The notes beneath the pieces were generated by a model. The model saw nothing but the letters and a program-made list of their open reading frames with translations. It did no database searches and had not been told where the DNA came from. 63,380 nucleotides of DNA from a virus (Duplodnaviria; Caudoviricetes): the IMG/VR virus record IMGVR_UViG_3300032046_000023, positions 1-63,380 of that record. The stretch is one strand, 5' to 3'. The translations under genes and the position numbers were made by a program. Of the stretch, positions 1 to 8,307 are shown in pieces; the stretch's first letter is position 1; each line of letters starts with the position of its first letter.

Positions 1-96
1 GGCAACTTTTCCGTTTTTTTTAATGATACAAATAAAAACATTTCAAATAAAATGGATAAAACAAAAATGATCTGGGAAGTCAAATACGAAAAATAG
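1..96 (+). CDS. 3' end of a gene (GNFSVFF...KYEK*), probably the continuation of the lipoprotein at 63110
   Basis: Open frame from base 1 to TAG at 94-96. Fits the C-terminus of an Ig-like FxLYD-type domain after ...DIPALG. Confidence 0.5.
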   Translation, partial: GNFSVFFNDTNKNISNKMDKTKMIWEVKYEK

Positions 97-282
97 ATGG
101 TCTTCGTCTTCCTCGCCGCCCTAATCTGTCCGAATTGCGGCGCCGTCCTTCACGGCTATGACCTGAGCACGGATGCGACCGTGCTGGCCGTCATCAAATG
201 CCGGAATTGCGGCGAAGAATATGAAATGACCTATGACAAAATCACGCAAAAATCGGAGCTGAGAAAAAAGAGGGTGCATTGA
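97..282 (+). CDS. Small zinc-ribbon protein
   Basis: CPNC...CRNC; abuts the upstream stop and overlaps the integrase start. Confidence 0.65.
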   Translation: MVFVFLAALICPNCGAVLHGYDLSTDATVLAVIKCRNCGEEYEMTYDKITQKSELRKKRVH

Positions 283-1385
283 CTCCCCGCCGACGCGAAG
301 GTCCGGTATTCAATCCCAAAAATCACGCCTACTATCTGGACTCCTATATTGGTTTTCCCCCAAACCACAAGCGCGTTCGGCTCTCACTCCGCACCCGCGA
401 TCCGGTCAAGGCACGTTGGCTGTGGGAACAAGAGTACCGGCGGCAATGGGAAAAGTATTACGGCATTCCGGGCGGCACCCCGCCGTCACCAGCGCCGATA
501 TTCGAGGATATTGCCCGCGAATTCATAGCCTACGAGCGCAACGTCAAACGTATCTCAGAATGGAAAATGTACGAGCGGCGATTGAATATTGTCGGCTCGT
601 TCTGGAAAGACAAGACGTTGGATGAAATTGGGAGCGTCGAGATCCAGGAGATTGATACCTGGCTCGCCGATCACGGCCGAGAGAAATATACCCGGAATCA
701 TTACATGGCGTTACTCAAGGCACTATTCAATTTCGCTATCCGAGAAAAATATTTCAGCGGCCGCAACCCGGTCAAGGAATTCCGGCCGTATATTGTGGAC
801 TCAAATCGTCGGGAATACACCGAGGACGAACTCAGGCGGATTCTCGAAGCGGCCGGCCGAATCGAAACCGAGACTCAGGCCAACGCGCGCGCACCCAAAT
901 ATGCGCGGCGGATCATTCTCATGCTCCTGCTTACCGGGATGCGTCTGGGCGAGCTCCTCAACCTCAAATGGGACAACGTGCGCGGGGACCGGATCGTCTT
1001 GCGCCGGACCGAAACAAAGCAGAAACGAGAGAAGACGATCCCATTGACCCCGGGTATCGAAGAAATCCTGGCAAGTCTCAAACTCGACTCGTGCGGTGAC
1101 GGTTATGTCCTGCCGATTGAAAATAGGAAAACGCGAGTAGAGGTCAAGTGGCTTATCCGGCGGGTGCGCGAAATCTCGGGCGTTTCGGATTTTATTTTGC
1201 ATGGCCTTCGGCATACGGCAGCCTCGATCATGGTCAGTGAAAGTTTAGGCCGGGGGGTCGGGTTGCAGGATATTATGAATATTTTGGGACATAATAGGAC
1301 AGAGACCCTTATGAAATATCAACACGATGATTTTTCTCGCATGAAAAAGGCAATGGAAACGCTTGAAAGCCGGATAAAGAAATGA
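279..1385 (+). CDS. int: Tyrosine recombinase / phage integrase
   Basis: LLTGMRLGELLNLKW (R), TK, LHGLRHT (HxLRH), LGH, KY catalytic motifs; N-terminal arm-binding region. Confidence 0.95.
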   Translation: MTPRRREGPVFNPKNHAYYLDSYIGFPPNHKRVRLSLRTRDPVKARWLWEQEYRRQWEKYYGIPGGTPPSPAPIFEDIAREFIAYERNVKRISEWKMYERRLNIVGSFWKDKTLDEIGSVEIQEIDTWLADHGREKYTRNHYMALLKALFNFAIREKYFSGRNPVKEFRPYIVDSNRREYTEDELRRILEAAGRIETETQANARAPKYARRIILMLLLTGMRLGELLNLKWDNVRGDRIVLRRTETKQKREKTIPLTPGIEEILASLKLDSCGDGYVLPIENRKTRVEVKWLIRRVREISGVSDFILHGLRHTAASIMVSESLGRGVGLQDIMNILGHNRTETLMKYQHDDFSRMKKAMETLESRIKK

Positions 1386-1620
1386 TATGCTCCCCGTCGG
1401 GCTACCGGGATGGAAATGCGATCTATGGTCAATATTTTGAAATCGGATTTATTATCGCATTGATATCATTAAGAATAAGAGATATCAAAATAGGGCCTAT
1501 AGTCCTTTGACGGCCTGCCTTATAAACCCTATCCCCTCATATGAAGCATAGCAAGGATATGTATATATAAGCATGAATTGTCAACTTTTCGTCCAGGGAT
1601 GGTCAAGGACGATCTTATTT
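1386..1620. other. Probable attP region
   Basis: AT-rich non-coding gap directly after int, with inverted repeats (ATGCGAT/ATCGCAT, TGATATC/GATATCA) and ATGGTCAA twice as possible arm sites. The core was not identified. Confidence 0.45.
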
Positions 1621-1699
1621 TTGGGGGCGTGGAAATTCACGGAGAGGCAAAGGATCGTTGATCCTAGGGCCGATTCCGCCCCGAATTCGGCCTATCTAA

Positions 1700-2068
1700 T
1701 GGACGACGCAGGCGGAAGTCGGCAAGATTATCCCGGCTGTGTCGGAAATAAGCAAAAACGGCAAGATTCCCCGGCAAAGGAATTTTGGAGATTTGGTTTT
1801 GTTTGGATTGAATACGGGAATGAGAAAGTCCGAGATTTTGAATTTGCGGTGGGAGGACATAAAAGCGGAGGGAGCCAGAGTAGCGGGAAAGGACGGGAAA
1901 GTTAGGATCGTTCCGTTGAATACGTCGGCTATGGCGATATATAAAAAGCGACAATCAATGACTCAATTTGCATATAAGTTTACGGCACAAATTACGACAC
2001 AACTTAGACAAGTAAATCCAGGAATTTTTGCCAAGGGAATTTTGAGCCCGGACAATCGGTTTGATTGA
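1700..2068 (+). pseudogene. Second tyrosine recombinase remnant
   Basis: LNTGMRKSEILNLRWEDI...GKDGKVRIVPLN box-I region. No N-terminus (in-frame TAA at 1697) and no HxLRH or catalytic Y; the frame runs into the amidase 3' end. Confidence 0.8.
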
Positions 2069-2420
2069 CCGCACTATGCGGTTTAATATTCGTTATCGGA
2101 ATTTGGAAAAGACGCATCCACATTTTGATTAATTTGGCGGCGGCGGCAAGTTGCGCATCGAGCGGAACGGTTTTATTGAAATCGCCGACGAGGCAGAGGC
2201 CGAGAGATTTATCATTATATCTCAATGTGTGAGCCCCATTTATATCCCAATCCCGACCGATTAAGATTTCGTAACTACCTTCAATATTTTCCACGCAAGC
2301 GTTATAACCTATATCCAAGTAATGTAGATTTTTGACGTGCCAATCCCGGATTTCATTCCAGGACAAGTCCGATCTGTCTTCACCCGCCGAATGATGGATG
2401 ATGACATAGGAAGGTTTCAA
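2004..2420 (-). CDS. N-acetylmuramoyl-L-alanine amidase endolysin (Amidase_2 / T7 lysozyme-like)
   Basis: IIHHS, WHV..DIGYN, GAHT..YNDKSLGLCLVGDF, PH...TDCPG zinc ligands. Confidence 0.92.
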   Translation of the reverse strand: MKPSYVIIHHSAGEDRSDLSWNEIRDWHVKNLHYLDIGYNACVENIEGSYEILIGRDWDINGAHTLRYNDKSLGLCLVGDFNKTVPLDAQLAAAAKLIKMWMRLFQIPITNIKPHSAVNQTDCPGSKFPWQKFLDLLV

Positions 2421-2543
2421 CGGATTACCCCATCATATGCCCGGCGCATCGTCCTCCGTTCCTATCCCGGCCCCGGCCATTCCTTTCTCCTATGCCGCCA
2501 AGTTCGCCGTCGCCTTCCATCTCTTTCTTTTTGAAAATACACA

Positions 2544-3077
2544 TCATTTTATTTCTTCTACCATCTCACCGGCTAAACCGGAATATACCGGATTATTATT
2601 TCGATAAGATAACAATTCTATCTCTAATTTTCGAGCAAATTCGTGGGCATCGGCATAGGATAAATTCATTTCCACCCGTTCATAATTCTCAACAATCTCA
2701 TGGAACAAAATAGATTCATGGCTCACCGGAACGCCATTCATATTTTGATATTTTCTGCTTAGATTCACAACAATATAACCGTCGAATCCAAATGGCGGAC
2801 ATGATAATTTCAGTTTTTCCCCCCGGCGATAATTAAGTCTAATATCGGGTTTATTGTCTTGATTAAAAACACCACTTTGTTTAGGATCGTCAATAATTTC
2901 TATCCCAAAGATGTTCGTAGATACTATCATTTTAACCAGCACCCAAACAACGGGATCGTTTTTAACCATATCGATAAAAGAATCAAAGCGAACATCAATA
3001 TATTGAATTAAATTTTGTCCTATCGGGAGAAGTCTGTTCAGAAAATCCAAGGACTGTTTATTTTTTGTTTTGATCAT
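2544..3077 (-). CDS. Hypothetical AT-rich protein with HExxE metal-binding-like motif
   Basis: ILFHEIVENYE...YADAH. Confidence 0.5.
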   Translation of the reverse strand: MIKTKNKQSLDFLNRLLPIGQNLIQYIDVRFDSFIDMVKNDPVVWVLVKMIVSTNIFGIEIIDDPKQSGVFNQDNKPDIRLNYRRGEKLKLSCPPFGFDGYIVVNLSRKYQNMNGVPVSHESILFHEIVENYERVEMNLSYADAHEFARKLEIELLSYRNNNPVYSGLAGEMVEEIK

Positions 3078-3086
3078 ATTTTTATT

Positions 3087-4118
3087 CTATACGGGCCATA
3101 TTGATTGAATATAACCATGTAAAATTTCTCCCGCCCAACCGCCTTCTCCACCCCACGTTCCATAACATCCGCCCCAAATACCCGTTTCTCCCTTTGGGCC
3201 TATTTCTCCCTCCGGACCCGTATATCCTTGTGGCCCCGTAGGTCCGGTTGGACCCGTTGCCCCGGTAGCGCCGGTCGGGCCTCCGGGACCCCATGTTCCC
3301 CTTTCACCGGCAGCACCCCCAACTCCCGTTATGCCTTGCGGTCCCTGTGGTCCGATTATTCCGTTATTGCCTTGTTCTCCTTGAACTCCGGTAATCCCCT
3401 GTGTCCCCTGATCTCCTTGAGTACCCGTATATCCCTGCGGACCTTGAACCCCCGTTATGCCCACCTCTCCTTGAGAACCTTGGATTCCGGTATTACCCTG
3501 TTCTCCTTGAACTCCGGTAATCCCCTGTGTCCCCTGAGTACCCTGGACGCCTGTATTTCCTTGAGAACCTTGAACCCCCGTTATACCTTGTGCTCCTGCC
3601 GGACCCTGTTCTCCCGTCGAACCTTGCGTTCCCATTGGACCGCCGGTTCCCGTAGGCCCGCTTTGGCCGATACTTCCTTGCGCTCCGGTTACCCCGGTCG
3701 GGCCGACAACCCCCGTCGGGCCGGAAGGTCCTATTTCTCCTTGAGGACCCGTTACCCCGGTCGGGCCGACAACCCCCGTCGGGCCGGAAGGCCCTATCTC
3801 TCCTTGAGGACCCGTTATTCCAGTCGGTCCCGCAACTCCCGTTACCCCGGTTGGGCCAATAGAACCCTGCGGACCCGTTACTCCGGTCGGGCCGACAACC
3901 CCCGTCGGGCCGGAAGGCCCTATCTCTCCTTGAGGACCCGTTATTCCAGTCGGTCCCGTGATGCCAACCGGCCCGGTTGCCCCTTGAATAAAACACGGTT
4001 CACCGGATGATCCAATAGGACCAATTGGTCCTATTGTTCCTTCAAAACCCAAGGCGCCCCCTGAAATGGGAGGATGGAAATCCTTCCAAATGCCGTCTAC
4101 TTTGCCAAAAACACCCAT
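3087..4118 (-). CDS. Collagen-like fibre protein
   Basis: Long Gly-X-Y run rich in GPT/GIT/GVT/GPQ. Confidence 0.88.
   Translation of the reverse strand: MGVFGKVDGIWKDFHPPISGGALGFEGTIGPIGPIGSSGEPCFIQGATGPVGITGPTGITGPQGEIGPSGPTGVVGPTGVTGPQGSIGPTGVTGVAGPTGITGPQGEIGPSGPTGVVGPTGVTGPQGEIGPSGPTGVVGPTGVTGAQGSIGQSGPTGTGGPMGTQGSTGEQGPAGAQGITGVQGSQGNTGVQGTQGTQGITGVQGEQGNTGIQGSQGEVGITGVQGPQGYTGTQGDQGTQGITGVQGEQGNNGIIGPQGPQGITGVGGAAGERGTWGPGGPTGATGATGPTGPTGPQGYTGPEGEIGPKGETGIWGGCYGTWGGEGGWAGEILHGYIQSIWPV
3800..3984. repeat. About 185-bp near-identical direct repeat, copy 1 (copy 2 at about 6795-6979)
   Basis: Shared block CTCCTTGAGGACCCGTTATTCCAGTCGG...GGTTGCCCC at offset 2995 in both collagen genes. 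Confidence 0.85.
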
Positions 4119-4126
4119 TGATTATC

Positions 4127-4420
4127 TCAAGACAAATCACCCGAAGGCGGAATAAATTCTACTCCAAGAATGGTAGGTCTATCTTTCATGGCTAAAATAG
4201 ATGTTTTAACGGCAACCTTCACCATTTGCCAAGCTATTTCAACTACTTGAATATCGGTTTTTCCTATCGTGCCCGCCATAGGAACAAAAGCCTCTTTATA
4301 GAATCCTCCTTTCATTACTCCGGCATCTGTTTTAATGCCGATCAAAAATCCTACAATTTTCCCCGTAGGATTAAGTTGCGGATATAACTCAAATCGTGTG
4401 ATGATTACTTTTATTATCAT
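4127..4420 (-). CDS. Small fibre-associated hypothetical protein
   Basis: GGAG RBS, lies between the GT and collagen genes. Confidence 0.55.
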   Translation of the reverse strand: MIIKVIITRFELYPQLNPTGKIVGFLIGIKTDAGVMKGGFYKEAFVPMAGTIGKTDIQVVEIAWQMVKVAVKTSILAMKDRPTILGVEFIPPSGDLS

Positions 4421-4432
4421 ACTCGTTCTCCA

Positions 4433-6208
4433 TCAAATATATTCTCGATTAAGCCAATCCAAATTTGTTCTACCGGGATTCGGCTGATACCAGCCTTTGT
4501 CATAGAGTGTCATCAACATATCAAAATATTCATCATACATTTTTGCTACACGCTCCAAAGTAAAATTCTTCATGGCAAACTCCCGACAATTATGGGACTT
4601 GATTTTGTCGATATTCATGGCTGCCCAAATAAATTGTTCCAAAGTTCTACACCTATAACCCGTAACTCCATGGATCACATTTTCAGCAAAGCACCCCCAG
4701 TCCGTCGTGATAACCGGAGTTCCCGAAAATCCCGCTTCAATGGATACGCCCTCGAACGGCCCAATGTATGTCGTTGGAACAAAAAGGGCTTTGGCTTCAC
4801 TCAAAAGTATCCGGCGTTTCTCCAAGTCGGCAAATCCGGCATATTCTATATAGGGGGCATCCGTATCGATGTGATCCACCGGAACGCCCTCGCGTCTCTG
4901 TCCGGCAATAATAAGTTTTCCGCCGACGGCCGAAACTACTTCCTTGGCTATATCGACGCCCTTTCTTTTAATCAATCGTCCTAGATAGAGAAAGTAATCT
5001 TTCTTCTCGGCCGAATAGGTAAAGTCGGCCGGATCAAAATAATTGGGAATGACGCAATCATAAAATAAACCATCCTCCACCGCCGTCTTCCCATAGGAAT
5101 AATGCATGAATGCATAACTCTCAAAAACTTTAAATTTAGCAAAGGTCGATGGATAACCAATTCCGGATTCAACTGTCAGACCTATATTAACCGCATCTGC
5201 GACAGCCTTCTGTCCCCACCCAAACGTGATGAGTAAGTAATCGGTATTCTGCTTTCTCTTGTTTATCTCTTGAATGGCCTTGTTGTTAAACATGGTGTAA
5301 GCAAAATCCTTACTGTCATGTTTATATTGGAATTTCTTCCAATCATAATTTCCATACGTCTTAAGAAGTATGTTTTTTGTGGAAACAGGAATAAATTCAT
5401 CGCACTCAACCGTCGATCCTTCCACACCGTAAAAATAGACTTTATGACCTGAATCCTTAAGCATTTTTCCCATCTTAAGAACTTTCTGCGAGAAGGCGCA
5501 CGCCACGGCCTCATCCTTGTTTGTCGGTAAATGGGCCAATCCCAAAAGATGAAATACTTTCTGTTTTGATCTAACTACATTTTTATTTTCCTTCACATTA
5601 TGCACGGCAATATAAGCATCGCCATAAAGGCCTTCTTCGTTATTCATATTTTTAACCGTTCCACTGAAATATTTATCCAGCCATTCTTTTGTTAATGAAA
5701 ACGGGTGCCCATCCGATATTCCGGTATTAAGCCACTCGAAAATTCTAATAATTTTTCCAATCTTCTTCGCCTTTCTCAGAATCTCGTCGGGATCAACAAC
5801 GTGTTGGAGAACGTTGTAAATCCAGACCTCGTCAAACTCCTCCAGACAAATCTCTTCGGCAAATTCAATTTTAAGTTCGACATTATGAGTCTCATATCTC
5901 TTTTTAATCCAAGCCGGGAAATTTCCCGGATCAATTACAACAGCTTTGTTAAAGTTCGTGCATTTGAGAAGTAAAGAAGTCGGACCGCCGCCGATGTCCA
6001 AAACGGATTTTCCTTTCAAATCAAATTCAAATCCCTGATTTCTATTGGGAATGACCTGCTTGAACTGATCCAGGCCCATGAACGACGCATATTTCAATTG
6101 TTTCCTTTCCTCATCATGGGTATTCACGCAATCTCCCCACCACCGTCGCTCCCATTCATTCTCTTTAACCCAATTTTCTTTGTTCACTACGAGAGACTCC
6201 TTTCTCAT
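4433..6208 (-). CDS. Class I SAM methyltransferase fused to a GT4 (GT-B) glycosyltransferase
   Basis: N-terminal VLDIGGGP and YNVLQHV; C-terminal YLGRLIKRKG and PFEGVSIEAGFSGTPVITTDWG. Confidence 0.88.
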   Translation of the reverse strand: MRKESLVVNKENWVKENEWERRWWGDCVNTHDEERKQLKYASFMGLDQFKQVIPNRNQGFEFDLKGKSVLDIGGGPTSLLLKCTNFNKAVVIDPGNFPAWIKKRYETHNVELKIEFAEEICLEEFDEVWIYNVLQHVVDPDEILRKAKKIGKIIRIFEWLNTGISDGHPFSLTKEWLDKYFSGTVKNMNNEEGLYGDAYIAVHNVKENKNVVRSKQKVFHLLGLAHLPTNKDEAVACAFSQKVLKMGKMLKDSGHKVYFYGVEGSTVECDEFIPVSTKNILLKTYGNYDWKKFQYKHDSKDFAYTMFNNKAIQEINKRKQNTDYLLITFGWGQKAVADAVNIGLTVESGIGYPSTFAKFKVFESYAFMHYSYGKTAVEDGLFYDCVIPNYFDPADFTYSAEKKDYFLYLGRLIKRKGVDIAKEVVSAVGGKLIIAGQRREGVPVDHIDTDAPYIEYAGFADLEKRRILLSEAKALFVPTTYIGPFEGVSIEAGFSGTPVITTDWGCFAENVIHGVTGYRCRTLEQFIWAAMNIDKIKSHNCREFAMKNFTLERVAKMYDEYFDMLMTLYDKGWYQPNPGRTNLDWLNREYI

Positions 6209-6210
6209 TC

Positions 6211-7101
6211 TTAACTGATATACGTAACAAGCCCGTTGTTTATTTCTATATAGGAGAAATAACCGGAAAAGTATCCAACACCGCCCAGTTCTCCGGGGTC
6301 TCCCGTATATCCCTGTAATCCTTGTGTTCCCATTTCACCCTCTTCACCCTGTAAACCCGTAGGTCCTTGCGGACCTTGCGCTCCTGTTTCACCGGGATCC
6401 CCTCCAAAACCAGTTGCACCCTGTGCCCCTTGCGGACCTTGTACGCCTTGAATTCCAGTTATTCCTTGAGCACCTTGAACTCCCGTATTTCCTTGCGGAC
6501 CTTGCGCTCCCTGAATACCCGTATATCCCTGCGGACCTTGAACCCCCGTTATGCCTTGTATTCCCTGTATACCCGTGTTTCCCTGTGTCCCCTGAGTGCC
6601 CTGGACGCCCGTATTGCCCTGTGGACCCTGTGGTCCCTGAATACCCGTATTCCCCTGCGATCCGGTAACTCCCGTTATACCCTGTGGTCCTTGGACACCT
6701 TGAATTCCAGTATTACCCTGCGGACCTTGAACCCCCGTTATACCTTGCGGGCCTCCGGGACCGGTCACGCCTGTTGCCCCGGTAGTTCCCACCGCTCCTT
6801 GAGGACCCGTTATTCCAGTCGGTCCCGCAACTCCCGTTACCCCGGTTGGGCCAATAGAACCCTGCGGACCCGTTACCCCGGTCGGGCCGACAACCCCCGT
6901 CGGGCCGGAAGGCCCTATTTCTCCCTGCGCCCCGGTGATTCCGGTCGGCCCCGTGATGCCAACCGGCCCGGTTGCCCCCTGTATTCCAGATTCCCCTTGC
7001 GGACCTATGGTACCCGTAATCCCCTGCGGTCCAGTAGGACCTTGAAGCCCCCCAATTGTCAAGGGTACCCAATCTTCACCGGTTTTAACGTAAATAGGCA
7101 T
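6211..7101 (-). CDS. Collagen-like fibre protein
   Basis: About 85 Gly-X-Y triplets; C-terminal IEINNGLVT motif. Confidence 0.88.
   Translation of the reverse strand: MPIYVKTGEDWVPLTIGGLQGPTGPQGITGTIGPQGESGIQGATGPVGITGPTGITGAQGEIGPSGPTGVVGPTGVTGPQGSIGPTGVTGVAGPTGITGPQGAVGTTGATGVTGPGGPQGITGVQGPQGNTGIQGVQGPQGITGVTGSQGNTGIQGPQGPQGNTGVQGTQGTQGNTGIQGIQGITGVQGPQGYTGIQGAQGPQGNTGVQGAQGITGIQGVQGPQGAQGATGFGGDPGETGAQGPQGPTGLQGEEGEMGTQGLQGYTGDPGELGGVGYFSGYFSYIEINNGLVTYIS
6795..6979. repeat. About 185-bp near-identical direct repeat, copy 2
   Basis: Matches 3800-3984 with a few mismatches. Confidence 0.85.
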
Positions 7102-7122
7102 TTAAATTCTCAATTAATTTCC

Positions 7123-8307
7123 TTATGTCAAACTCATCAAATGGATTTCCATCCTGGTACGAGATATATGACCACCATAAACATCGACGGTATTTGCTCC
7201 GGTATCAACATATGCCCAAAGTCCTATCGTATCGTTTTCCGCACATTTGAAAATTCCAGCGATTGGCAAAATAATATTTTGAGCAAGGACTGTCTGCGAT
7301 ATCGTACTCGATACGGGGACGCCATTAATATAAATATGAGCACGGTATTCCTTAGATGCTATAACGTCCTTAAAGGCAACCGATGCTGTCACGGCATAGT
7401 ATCCGGCCACGGGGCAAGTAAAGAGATGCGTTACCGTGCTAAAATTGTTACCCGGATCATCCGTCTTCGTATCTAAAAGTATAAGGGTAGGTGTGATATC
7501 GGTCAGATTATCCATCGTTGTATACAGATACACTGAACATTTTGATAGTGTTGGCAAATCTATATCATACTGAAACCAAATATCTCCACTGTCTCCACCC
7601 GAAGGTGCATTAGCAGATATGGTCATTCTAGCCCCAAACTCTAAGGCGGACATCCCGTTGTTTATGCGAACATATTTGAGATTGGCGCTCGAATATGAAC
7701 TAGGAGTATCAGTAAGACTCAAAAAGGCGCCTACTCCCGCCGCCTCAGCTCCAGGCAATCCTTCCCGATGGATCGACATGAATATTTTCGATTCCCCGCC
7801 CTGAAAAGTTGCGTCCCATCCGGTAGCATAATATTTCAATGCAATAACATCACCCACGGCACAACTCAAAACATCCCCTCCGGTAATACCCCAATATTGA
7901 TCACCGTTTGCAAAAAAGGAATTTATCTTTCCAATCTTAGTTTTTTCCGTGGCTCCGAGATAAATAGACGCCGCGACGGTTGCATTCTGATCCGCACTAT
8001 TATGACGAAAATACAATCCTGCCTGAACCACATATTTCCCGGCAACCGGACAGGTATAAACATTAGAAGCAAAGTTTCCGTTAGGATCATAACTTTCAGT
8101 GTCGAGCGTCATCGTCGTCCAGGCATCATAAGTCGGCGTAAGATCGGTCGCACGATACGCCCGCGCCGAATACTTGGAGATAACCTGCGAAACATTTTTC
8201 CAAATCGCATGAGCCTCTTTCCAGTCTTGATTGCTATGACTTTGGAGATCGGTATTTTTAGCGAATGTATTTTGACCCATTAGACTTCCTCGACCGTTAC
8301 CGAGCAT
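7123..8307 (-). CDS. Receptor-binding / fibre-head protein with two C1q/TNF-like domains (likely start 8280)
   Basis: Two copies of the gC1q signature: YDPNGNFASNVYTCPVAGKY and DPGNNFSTVTHLFTCPVAGYY. Confidence 0.75.
   Translation of the reverse strand: MLGNGRGSLMGQNTFAKNTDLQSHSNQDWKEAHAIWKNVSQVISKYSARAYRATDLTPTYDAWTTMTLDTESYDPNGNFASNVYTCPVAGKYVVQAGLYFRHNSADQNATVAASIYLGATEKTKIGKINSFFANGDQYWGITGGDVLSCAVGDVIALKYYATGWDATFQGGESKIFMSIHREGLPGAEAAGVGAFLSLTDTPSSYSSANLKYVRINNGMSALEFGARMTISANAPSGGDSGDIWFQYDIDLPTLSKCSVYLYTTMDNLTDITPTLILLDTKTDDPGNNFSTVTHLFTCPVAGYYAVTASVAFKDVIASKEYRAHIYINGVPVSSTISQTVLAQNIILPIAGIFKCAENDTIGLWAYVDTGANTVDVYGGHISRTRMEIHLMSLT

Noticed and set aside
1386-1620. tRNA or tmRNA fragment as att core
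   Set aside because: No recognisable T-arm/CCA motif; no tRNA cloverleaf noticed anywhere in the window
3228-7476. Long alternative-frame and + strand ORFs over the collagen genes (3228..4010, 3493..3996, 6367..7476)
   Set aside because: Shadow frames produced by Gly-X-Y codon periodicity
3087-8307. Diversity-generating retroelement acting on the fibre genes
   Set aside because: No reverse transcriptase, and mismatches between repeat copies are not adenine-specific
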